From positions 1 to 33,549 of the forward strand of contig DATIQI010000244.1 of assembly GCA_035470985.1 (NCBI GenBank): 33,549 nt of DNA. The letters are read 5' to 3'. Shown piece by piece: positions 24,386 to 32,301 of this stretch; within the stretch, counting starts at the first letter, position 1; the number at the start of each line of letters is the position of its first letter. The position numbers and the translations under genes are program-made. The notes beneath the pieces were generated by a model. It saw only the letters and a program-made list of their open reading frames with translations. It was not told the DNA's origin and did no database searches. Origin of the DNA: Acidobacteriota bacterium (GTDB lineage Bacteria; Eisenbacteria; RBG-16-71-46; SZUA-252).

Positions 24386-25167
24386 GGCAGCCTCCGAAAC
24401 CGAACGGCGCGGGCCCCGGATCGTTCGAAGAAGGCCTTCCAGAACGCGCGCAGGGCGCTCCGCTCCGATGCGTCGAGGTTTGGACGCGGCACCTCCAGCA
24501 CTTCGACCTCGACTCCTTGGAGGTTGGCGGCGTGGCGGCGAAGCCACCCGGGGAGCGCCTGGAGCGTGGAATCGAGCGGAACCCGGTACAGGGAGAACCC
24601 GGGGGCGTTCTCGAGGAGATCGCTCACCAGCACGAGCCGACGGCTCGGTACGGTCGGTCCGAATCCCTCGAGGTCCGCCGCTTCCTTGATGGCAGCGCAG
24701 AGTCCCGTTCGCTCGGCGGTGGACGGTTGGAGGGCCTGGTCGAGGGCCTCCCGGAGCGGGCGGGAGAAGATGGAATCGACGCGGGCCGCGCGACGGCTCG
24801 CCGTTTCGACGAGCGCGTTGACGGACCGGTCGGGAACCCGGGCGCGGAACCAGGACCGCGCGTCCCCGTCGGGGTACTGGCCGATCGAGCAGAGGGTCAC
24901 GAGTTCGCCCCGTTGGAACTCGAACGCCTCCATCTCCCCGAGGCGCCGGCGTACGGCCTCCGCCTGCACGGCGCTGAGCGGGTCCGTGACGTCGAGCAGC
25001 AGGAGCGTGCTGCGCGTACTCGGCAGTGTGGGGTCAACGTCCGCTCGCTCGATGCGCCGGTTCCGATCGCGGAGCGACTCCTGCAGCGCGAGCATCCCCA
25101 CGAGCGCGAGGAAGACGAAGGCGAGGAGGGCAATGCCGACGCGGTCCTGGGTGCCGAGACGCTTCAC
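24382..25167 (-). CDS. N-terminally anchored protein, possibly a degenerate vWA-like alpha/beta fold
   Basis: The GTG at 25167 overlaps the upstream stop (GTGA) and has GGGAGGG upstream. The TM helix is IALLAFVFLALVGMLAL. Then come STLLLLDVTDPLS ... ERTGLCAAIKEAA ... RRLVLVSDLLEN, which resemble the vWA beta1/MIDAS-like, helix and beta4 segments. The MIDAS motif is imperfect. Confidence 0.45.
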   Translation of the reverse strand: MKRLGTQDRVGIALLAFVFLALVGMLALQESLRDRNRRIERADVDPTLPSTRSTLLLLDVTDPLSAVQAEAVRRRLGEMEAFEFQRGELVTLCSIGQYPDGDARSWFRARVPDRSVNALVETASRRAARVDSIFSRPLREALDQALQPSTAERTGLCAAIKEAADLEGFGPTVPSRRLVLVSDLLENAPGFSLYRVPLDSTLQALPGWLRRHAANLQGVEVEVLEVPRPNLDASERSALRAFWKAFFERSGARAVRFRRLP

Positions 25168-26576
25168 GCGGCTGCCCTCCCGCCCGGGCCCTGCGAACGG
25201 TCGGCTCCCCCGCGGCGCATCATCTCCTCCACGTGCCCCTCGACGCGGGCGAGCGCGGCCGTGATGCGCTCCGAGTTCTCGAGCACGATGCCGTGCGCCC
25301 GGCCCTCGAGGTCCGCGTGGATTGCCCGGGCGCGGGCGGCCCGCTCCGCGAGTCCCCGGACGAATTCCTCCGGGATGAGCGTCGTGAATGCCGGGTACTC
25401 GGCGAAGTACGCCGGCGGCGGACTGGTACGAACGAAGAGGTTTTCCTCCCGCCACGCCTTGAGCAGCGCGGTGCAGCGCGCCTGGATGTCCGCACGGTCG
25501 GTTTCGTACCCGTCCCGCACTCGGTACGCCTGAACCACGATGGCGTCGAGGCCGGAGAGCGCGGCACGCCCTCGGCCGAGTTCCTCCTGGAGATCGAGCG
25601 GGAGCCTCTGGACGCGGGCGACGACGCGGGCGACCTGCTCATCCCGCGCTTCGAGGAACGCACGGTCGGCGTTCCGGAAGGCCCGATCCCGCACTCCGTA
25701 GAACGGGTAGCCGTCGTCGGAGGTGTAGCCCTTGAGGAGGCTGATACCCCAGGTGAGGAGCCCGGTCGCGAGGAGCGCGGCGCTCAGGAAACCCAGACCG
25801 AACGGATCGCCCAGGAGGTCGTGGAGGGACGCGGCGGCCGCCGTCCCCGAGGCGAGCCGATCCCGGTACGCGGCCACCACCAGATTGAAGCCGCCCGCGA
25901 ACGCCACGGCCAGCACCAGCCCAACGAAGCCCAGGACGCGCCCGACCCTGCTACGGTGCGCCAGCCACGGGAGGACCATCCGCCCGGTGGCGAAGGCGCT
26001 CCCGACGTTCACGAGCGCCACGCCGGAGGCTCCCAGGAATCCACCGAGGAGGCCGAAGTCGGCCGCCTCGGAGAAGAGCCACGCGTTCGCGCAAGCTTCG
26101 ACGAGGAGCAGTACGGCCACGATCCCGAAGTGGAGCCAGGCCGAGGCCGGGTAGTGGGCGTCCCGGGCGAGGCCGTGGTCACGAGCGAACACCCGGAGAT
26201 CGCGCAATCGCCGCTCCCGCTCCGCCCAGAGCGTTGCCAGTTCGCCCGCGGAGCCGACCTCCCGGTCGACGTCACCTGCAGCCTGGGCGACCCGATCGGT
26301 GAGGTCGCGTGCGGTCGGGAGCGAGGCCTCGATGGTCGTGAACTGTGCGGTGAGCCGATGGACCTCGGCGCCTGCCGGCTCCCCACGCTCGCGGTGCTGG
26401 CGCTCGAAGGAACGGACGATCTCCATCTCGAACTCGGTGGGACCCGTCGCGTCCAAGGTGGGGAGGTTCTCCCGACCGGAAGCTCGAGCATCGCCCCGGA
26501 GGGAGCGACCTCTTGCAGCGCCGCGGATCGAACGGACTGCCCTTCGGGGGAATTCGCGGGTGGGAAGATACCGCAT
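25164..26576 (-). CDS. Four-TM membrane protein flanked by long helical (coiled-coil-like) cytoplasmic regions
   Basis: The ATG at 26576 has GAGGAGGA 4 nt upstream. The first 160 aa are charged and helical. The four hydrophobic helices are WLHFGIVAVLLLVEACANAWLF, LLGGFLGASGVALVNVGSAF, VLGFVGLVLAVAFAGGFNLVVAAY and LGFLSAALLATGLLTWGISLL, followed by KGYTSDDGYPFYG and 170 aa of helical sequence. Confidence 0.6.
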   Translation of the reverse strand: MRYLPTREFPRRAVRSIRGAARGRSLRGDARASGRENLPTLDATGPTEFEMEIVRSFERQHRERGEPAGAEVHRLTAQFTTIEASLPTARDLTDRVAQAAGDVDREVGSAGELATLWAERERRLRDLRVFARDHGLARDAHYPASAWLHFGIVAVLLLVEACANAWLFSEAADFGLLGGFLGASGVALVNVGSAFATGRMVLPWLAHRSRVGRVLGFVGLVLAVAFAGGFNLVVAAYRDRLASGTAAAASLHDLLGDPFGLGFLSAALLATGLLTWGISLLKGYTSDDGYPFYGVRDRAFRNADRAFLEARDEQVARVVARVQRLPLDLQEELGRGRAALSGLDAIVVQAYRVRDGYETDRADIQARCTALLKAWREENLFVRTSPPPAYFAEYPAFTTLIPEEFVRGLAERAARARAIHADLEGRAHGIVLENSERITAALARVEGHVEEMMRRGGADRSQGPGGRAAA

Positions 26577-26584
26577 CGGGTCCT

Positions 26585-26631
26585 CCTCGTTGTGGCAGCC
26601 CGAATCGACTCGGGTAGCTCCGACAACGAGG
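26585..26631 (-). promoter_or_regulatory. Leader hairpin that pairs with part of the RBS of 25164..26576
   Basis: The outer stem is 9 bp: CCTCGTTGT (26585-26593) with ACAACGAGG (26623-26631). The inner stem is CCCGA/TCGGG. On the mRNA the 3' arm ACAACGAGG runs into the GAGGAGGA Shine-Dalgarno. Confidence 0.3.
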
Positions 26632-26730
26632 GGTGCGGTCAGTGTGACAGATCGATCGCCACCGAGAGCCGAGGCGGCGCGGACCCCGCACTGTTGCCGT
26701 GGGTGCCGCTCGGGGTTGCGCGCCGCCGCC

Positions 26731-26937
26731 TTACTCGCGACGTCTTTGCAGTTTCCTAACCTCCTCCTCGACAACGTCCCGGCGGACGGGGCTCGCCCAG
26801 AGTGCGAGCAGCATGCGAATTCGAGTGGAAAGGGATCGGGCAGCCTGGCGGGGGCTCTCCTCGAGCTCCAGCGCGCTCAGGCTGCCCGTCATCGGTTTCG
26901 TTCGTTCCGATCTTGGGTAGCCATTGCGATCCTCCAT
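26731..26937 (-). CDS. Hypothetical 68-aa protein (possible small regulator)
   Basis: The ORF has a strong RBS (GGAGGGAGG, 8 nt upstream of the ATG). It lies at the head of the minus-strand operon. No recognisable motif was found. Confidence 0.3.
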   Translation of the reverse strand: MEDRNGYPRSERTKPMTGSLSALELEESPRQAARSLSTRIRMLLALWASPVRRDVVEEEVRKLQRRRE

Positions 26938-27277
26938 TTCGTGCGCCTCCCTCCATGGAAGTGCTCACCAGCGGTCCGCCGCCCCACCCCCCGGAGGGAC
27001 GGCACGACCCTTCGCGCGATGGTAGCGCGGGTGTGACAGCGCAGAACCTCGATCCAACTTGACTGCACCCAACCGTGGCAGTACCATGCACTTAGGCTTG
27101 GTTCGGGCCATCTCGGCATCCGTAGACAGGTTCCACGGACCCGCACGCCTCCCAAGCTCGCGCGTCCGGACTCCACGTCGGCCGCGCCCTTTCTATTCGG
27201 GGTGTCACAACCATCCCACCGGGATGCGAGACACACGCTGTCCGCGACCTCGGCCCCGGACCTGGAGGGTTCCCACC

Positions 27278-28036
27278 GTGCCGCGCGCAGAGGAGCTTCT
27301 CGCGATCGTTCGCGACTTCAACCGGTCCCCCGGCGACCGAGTCGCGGCGTTCTCGGAACTCCTAGGCCTCAGGTCGGGTTGGTGGGGCACGGGCCTCACG
27401 CTGCGGGAGTTCGCCGTCTCCCGCGCCTCCTACTTCGCGGAGCGTCGGTCGCAGGCGGGACTTCCCGGCGACCTCCTGGACGCCGAGGGCATCGCCGATG
27501 AGGCACTCCTCCTCCTCCAGGACCCCGAGGCGGTCATCCAGGGGGAGCCCGCTGGGTGGCTGGTCGGCGTGATCAAGATTCTACTCGCAGGTGGGCTTCG
27601 GCGGGAATCCATCCATATTCGGTCCATCTCGCTCGACGATCCGAACGTGCGAACGGTGCCGCCATCAACGCGTGCGGACCACGGCACCGAACGCTCGACC
27701 GAGGAGATCGCCGCCGCCTGGACCCTCGGGCGCGCGCTGGTCACGGCGCTCAGGGAGATGCCGCCGGGACGGAGGCGCACCGCCGAGCACGTGCTCCGTG
27801 CCATCCTCGCGCATTATCTCGAGAAGCGACGGTTCGTAGGGTTCGCGCTCCTCGGTGAAACTCTCGGAAAGAGCGGGGACGCGGTCCGACAGGACTGGCA
27901 GCGCGCCCGGAAGCAGATCGAAGCGTCGGTGCGCCACGCCGCGCCGCACTTATTGCGAATGCTTGGACCGATAGGAAGGCGCTTCAAGCGCCTCCAGGAT
28001 AGGTCCTCCGTCCAGGGAAGGCCCGGGGACGGATAA
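27278..28036 (+). CDS. Divergent ECF-like sigma-70-family protein (tentative)
   Basis: The GTG at 27278 has GGAGGG 8 nt upstream; the ATG at 27224 is an alternative. The region-2-like segment is AEGIADEALLLLQD...WLVGVIKILLAGGLRRE. The region-4-like segment is ALREMPPGRRRTAEHVLRAI...LGETLGKSGDAVRQDWQRARKQIEASV. Confidence 0.4.
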   Translation: MPRAEELLAIVRDFNRSPGDRVAAFSELLGLRSGWWGTGLTLREFAVSRASYFAERRSQAGLPGDLLDAEGIADEALLLLQDPEAVIQGEPAGWLVGVIKILLAGGLRRESIHIRSISLDDPNVRTVPPSTRADHGTERSTEEIAAAWTLGRALVTALREMPPGRRRTAEHVLRAILAHYLEKRRFVGFALLGETLGKSGDAVRQDWQRARKQIEASVRHAAPHLLRMLGPIGRRFKRLQDRSSVQGRPGDG

Positions 28037-28155
28037 CCAAGCCTCCTAAGGAGCACATTTTGACCAGAACGCGCAAGGGCGGGACCGCGACGGGGTAATG
28101 TACGAGCCGAATCGAGGCGCCTGCGTACCCGCGGAGTCGCAAACTGAGAGCTCGC

Positions 28156-31100
28156 CTATTTCAGCAACGTCATTCTGCTGGTGGATTCCAAACCGTCCGC
28201 GAATCGAATCTTGTAAAAGTAAATCCCGCTCGCGACTGTTGCGCCTCCGGCGTTACGACCGTCCCACCGCACCTCATTCACCCCCGGTGTAGCACGGACG
28301 AGGATCGACCGAACATGCTGGCCCGCGATGTTAAATATCCGAATCGTCGTCGCTCCGATGCGCGAACTGACAAACCGGATCGTGGTGTACGGGTTAAACG
28401 GGTTCGGGTAGTTGCCGTAGAGGTGGCTCCGAGTCGAGGGAACTACTGGACCGCCCAGGGAGACTCCTGTAATCAACTGGTTATCCTGGATCGGGTACAG
28501 GGGGCCGTAGAGCGATGTTTGGAAGCCCGCAGAGCCGTTCCAGTTGTTTGTCATGGTGGGGTCCGACGGACACGGCCAGCACTTGAGTGTGTCGAGCTGT
28601 CCCCGCACACCACGGCAGCCAGTCAGGAACTTGTACAGCACACGCATCCTGTCTTCGATTCCAGTGTGTGGGTAGAGCGGAGATGACGGGGGTGCACCCT
28701 GATGACGCACGGCCCCGATCGTGAAACCGTAGCTCAGCGCTTTCGCCCGGTCGTGATCCGTTACCGTATCCGTCTCAAATGTGTACGCGACGCCTGCCAC
28801 CTGTGTCTCGCCGCCAAAGCCCGGGTAAAGAGCCGCATTAGTCGCCTGGAAGCTGCCCACTTTGGTCAGCGCGTCAAAACGCTCCGGACGGGGGCAGCCT
28901 CCATCCAGGTCGTACGAGAAACCGCTCACCAGTCCAGGTCCTGACGATGGATTCGCGAACTTATCATCGATCGCAGGATACTGAACAGATCCCGTTCCGT
29001 TCCAAGAATCTCCGACCGTGACGAGGCCGAGTACGTTGTTGAGGAAATGTGCTCTATAAGTGCCCGGTTCCCCCGGGGGTACATCGGCGAGGCTCCTCAA
29101 CACATCGTTACCAGTGACCAGAAGGCACCGATCCCCGGCACTAGCTTCTGGGAACGACTCCCCCGTCGTAGGCTTGGCCCACCAATCGCTCAGTAATGCC
29201 GCATCGGACTCGTCAATCGGCACAGCACTCCGTTCATGTGTCGCCTCAATGACAATCCGGTACCACTTCGCGAGGGAATCCGCTATGGGGTAATCGAGCG
29301 CATTCGGGAAGTAGTTCCGATCGTGCCTCGGGCGCTGCCCCGGCCATTCACGCCCGCCGATCCCCGAACCAAATCCGAACCCCTGGAGCAGCCGATACCG
29401 ATCCACCCTGACTCCGAGACCCCGTAACGCCTCGATGACTGGATCTCTCCCAGTCTCCCAGGTGGTGTATGCACCGTCCAGGTAGAGGATCGGGGTGGTC
29501 GTCCTGCCTTGTAGCAAAGTACCCGCATGCCCTGGCTCGTAAACACTCGGGAGGACATCGAACTCGATAATGTCCGGTGCGAGTGTGACGCCACCCGGAA
29601 GCAGTGGGAGATCGGCTACCTCGTTGGCGGCGCGGTCCGTCTGGAACTGGTACACGGCCGTCCCGGCGATATCAACCGCCTTGAAGTAATACTGGAGGCG
29701 TGTGCCCCTTGGGAGGAATGACAAGGAGGAGTACGCGGCGACGCCGTTGATCGTAAAGCCGCCTGGGAGGTTGAGGCCGATCTTGTCCCGCGGAGGCCAG
29801 TCCACGCGGAACTTGCTACCCACGAGGATCGTGTCTGTGCCCGCGATCACGACGGCATCCGCATCCAGTTCGGTGGAATCGAATGGGCTCCAGCTCTTGG
29901 TTTGTGGGTCGAGGAGTCGGTAAATCATCCGGGGTGCCCCGAGGCTCGGCTGGTAGGCGGCGTTGTCAACCAGAACTGGTACGCCCGCCGCGTGTCCTCG
30001 GTGCCAGTTGATTCCCATTCCGTTGCTGCGTATTCCGGACACGATGCTAACAACCACGGAATCCCCGATCGGGCTGTTGAAGTTGTCCGTGATCGCCCCA
30101 ACCCCTATCCCACTTCCACGTATACCAGGCCAACATGGGGGGGAAACACAGGTTACGGGACCGCAGGGTCCACCACCACAGTTCGCCCGACTCAAGATCG
30201 TCCCATCAACGAAAGTCGACTGCGCAACCGAGGATGGGAAGATCCCGAAGGTTGGGACCTCGGATCCCGAAACGACCTCGAGCACGAGGTCATCGTAGAG
30301 CACGCCGTATAGCGTGGAGGAATTGCACACACCATCCCGGGCCAAGTTCTGAACGCACTGGAGGTTGAAGCGGACTTGGACTGAGTCCGCGCCTATCGCC
30401 AGAGGCAGATCGTCACCATCCGTGACCCACGTTTCCTCGACTCCATGCACTACGGCCCCGCTGGCACGTGTGTTTGCCCAAACGGTCCACGCGCCATCTC
30501 GGTACACTCTATATTCAGACCATTGCACGTATCCATCCCCAACAGGGAGGTTTAAGTACGCAGTCCACCGGGTATTGACCGCACCCGTGCCTGGAGGGAT
30601 TGGAAACGAACACGTGGTGAGCGATGTGGATTGCCCGCTGACCGCGTTCTTACTGGCTGGGTCGCACCCAGTAAAAAAGTGGTCGGTCGCGCTGTTCTTT
30701 TGGACGCCGCAGATATCACTGGTCGCGTAGTCGCTGCCTGCCCCGATTAGCCAGGACGGGCCGACCCCATCTAGAATTCTCGGCGCGACAAGGGAGGACG
30801 TAGCGCCTTCGGAGTAGATCTCACCGTTGTCGCTCGTCTGGATGTTGTCCAGGACAACGCCGTTACCGTAGGGCCAGTTTCCGTCTTCACTCGAGAACAG
30901 GTTGTCCGAGACGAGCAGCATGTACAAGGCGCGATGCTCCGCAGCAATCGTGATGGCATATGGAACTGTGAGGGGACCCTGACTGGCACTACCCACGACC
31001 GTCACTTCCCCCGACGTCGTGTTCACCGATCCTCCATTTCGAATGCTGCCGGTCCACGAAATGAGTCGGCGGGCCGCTCCGGACTCACCGAGATTGACCA

Positions 31101-32115
31101 CGTCCTCGTAGCGTAGACGATCCGCGCCCAGCGGATCTTCCGCGCCCTCACCCCCACCGATCAGGTACACGAAGTCGTAGTCGCGCTCGGCGCTGATGTT
31201 CAGGCTCATCGTCAGCACGTAAGTGGACGCGTGGGGGACACCAGTATTGATGTACAGCACGCTAAGGGCGTTGTTCGGATACCCGACGCTGTTCCCCCAG
31301 GCGTCGTCGTACGTACCACACCATAGGCTGTAGTTTCCAAAGAGGATTGGCGGGCGCTCGGTCGCCGGAATCGACGAGTCAATGATGTGCCAGAGGCTCC
31401 CGACAGCCGTCCGATCGACCGAGGTGTACCCCCCTCGCGTTCCTATGCCGTAGCCGTTCAGGCTGTCCGCAACCGGACTCGAACGAGGCGCCCACATCCC
31501 GCTAGCCCGGTCGAGGCACGCACCCGGGTACAGATAGTAGGTCTTCGTTTGCGTGGCCTGGCGAATGAACGAGCCGCTAAGGGTCGTTAGAGCGCTTGGT
31601 TCGCGCTTTGGCCGGAGTTGGAGGGGGATGGGCGCTTGCGTGAGCATCGCTCCGGGGTCAGGTTCAACAGCGAAGCCCGGCTGGAAGTCCTCGACTTGGA
31701 TCTCAGTTGATGCCTGCCCGGACAGCCCGCCCGCCGTGGCTGTGAACGTCACGCTGTAGACTCCCGACTGGTCATAGCCGGGTGTCCACGAAAACGTACC
31801 CATCGCGTTCCCCATCGACGGCGTGAATGTGGCGTTGTGACCCGTCGGCAGGAGGGAATCGTCCGCCGTCAGGGATATAATCGGATCACCATCGATGTCG
31901 GAGGCGCTCACGTTAAACGCCGCTTGCGCGCCTTCAGGACAAGCGATGGTCGCTGGGGCCAATACCGTCGGGGCACTTCCGCTGACTGTTGCGGCCCTTA
32001 CGGCAGGGGCCTGCGACATGTCAATCCGCGACGAAGCAAGTGCCGAAGCGGTGCACCAGGGGACGAACAGCAATGCGAGGACCGCAGCGCCGAGCGCACG
32101 TTCCCTCCCCGACAT
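28156..32115 (-). CDS. Giant secreted protein: Ig/cadherin-like N-terminal domain, unknown core of about 1000 aa, T9SS type-A (Por_Secre_tail) C-terminus
   Basis: The start at 32115 gives the signal peptide MSGRERALGAAVLALLFVPWCTASALA. The Ig-like segment is FNVSASDIDGDPIISLTADDSLLPTGHNATFTP...GTFSWTPGYDQSGVYSVTFTA. The C-terminus is NYPNPFNPYTTIRF...IRIFNIAGQHVRSI...VRWDGRNAGGATVASGIYFYKIRF. No HExxH motif is present. Confidence 0.8.
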   Translation of the reverse strand: MSGRERALGAAVLALLFVPWCTASALASSRIDMSQAPAVRAATVSGSAPTVLAPATIACPEGAQAAFNVSASDIDGDPIISLTADDSLLPTGHNATFTPSMGNAMGTFSWTPGYDQSGVYSVTFTATAGGLSGQASTEIQVEDFQPGFAVEPDPGAMLTQAPIPLQLRPKREPSALTTLSGSFIRQATQTKTYYLYPGACLDRASGMWAPRSSPVADSLNGYGIGTRGGYTSVDRTAVGSLWHIIDSSIPATERPPILFGNYSLWCGTYDDAWGNSVGYPNNALSVLYINTGVPHASTYVLTMSLNISAERDYDFVYLIGGGEGAEDPLGADRLRYEDVVNLGESGAARRLISWTGSIRNGGSVNTTSGEVTVVGSASQGPLTVPYAITIAAEHRALYMLLVSDNLFSSEDGNWPYGNGVVLDNIQTSDNGEIYSEGATSSLVAPRILDGVGPSWLIGAGSDYATSDICGVQKNSATDHFFTGCDPASKNAVSGQSTSLTTCSFPIPPGTGAVNTRWTAYLNLPVGDGYVQWSEYRVYRDGAWTVWANTRASGAVVHGVEETWVTDGDDLPLAIGADSVQVRFNLQCVQNLARDGVCNSSTLYGVLYDDLVLEVVSGSEVPTFGIFPSSVAQSTFVDGTILSRANCGGGPCGPVTCVSPPCWPGIRGSGIGVGAITDNFNSPIGDSVVVSIVSGIRSNGMGINWHRGHAAGVPVLVDNAAYQPSLGAPRMIYRLLDPQTKSWSPFDSTELDADAVVIAGTDTILVGSKFRVDWPPRDKIGLNLPGGFTINGVAAYSSLSFLPRGTRLQYYFKAVDIAGTAVYQFQTDRAANEVADLPLLPGGVTLAPDIIEFDVLPSVYEPGHAGTLLQGRTTTPILYLDGAYTTWETGRDPVIEALRGLGVRVDRYRLLQGFGFGSGIGGREWPGQRPRHDRNYFPNALDYPIADSLAKWYRIVIEATHERSAVPIDESDAALLSDWWAKPTTGESFPEASAGDRCLLVTGNDVLRSLADVPPGEPGTYRAHFLNNVLGLVTVGDSWNGTGSVQYPAIDDKFANPSSGPGLVSGFSYDLDGGCPRPERFDALTKVGSFQATNAALYPGFGGETQVAGVAYTFETDTVTDHDRAKALSYGFTIGAVRHQGAPPSSPLYPHTGIEDRMRVLYKFLTGCRGVRGQLDTLKCWPCPSDPTMTNNWNGSAGFQTSLYGPLYPIQDNQLITGVSLGGPVVPSTRSHLYGNYPNPFNPYTTIRFVSSRIGATTIRIFNIAGQHVRSILVRATPGVNEVRWDGRNAGGATVASGIYFYKIRFADGLESTSRMTLLK

Positions 32116-32301
32116 AAAAAACCGCCACACGCCGACAATTACGCGCCTGCCACGGGGTGGCGTGCACGTTGGCTGCCCATTAGGTCCACGGGGTATGGCA
32201 TTGGTTGTCATTTCCGTCACTCCCAAGCCTGGCCGAAGAGCTCCGGATATCGCGCTCCGGGCCAATGCATCCAAGGATCGCAGCACTCGAACCAAGCTGT
32301 C

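Larger units (their letters stand above)
19997..28040 (-). mobile_element. tRNA-Lys-associated integrative (mobilisable or conjugative?) element; the right boundary is uncertain
   Basis: It comprises int, an Xis-like HTH, a Replic_Relax-like protein, a T4CP-like ATPase and membrane proteins in one co-oriented, overlapping gene string ending at the tRNA. No flanking direct repeat could be identified by eye. The lower-GC block to about 33330 may also belong to it. Confidence 0.45.

Noticed and set aside
26642-27209. Three copies of the TGTGACA/TGTCACA motif (GTGTGACAG at 26642 and 27031, GTGTCACA at 27202) in the element's control region
   Set aside because: A 7-9-mer recurring within 700 bp is roughly what chance predicts, and I saw no consistent spacing relative to start codons. 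It is kept only as something to test with a motif search.
28073-28086. GCAAGGGCGGGACC versus GCAAGGGTGTGGGCCC at the tRNA 3' end (19915-19930); considered as a candidate direct repeat
   Set aside because: There is only a 7-nt exact core in GC-rich DNA. The geometry is also wrong, because a 3'-end repeat would be expected on the other side of the tRNA, not on the integrase side.
32116-32295. A longer N-terminal extension of the giant protein (start at 32295, 6 nt after the PD40 gene stop)
   Set aside because: The extension (MVRVLRSLDALARSAISGALRPG...) would bury the obvious signal peptide MSGRERALGAAVLALLFVPWCTASALA 60 residues inside the protein. The start at 32115 is preferred, although the upstream RBS is weak.
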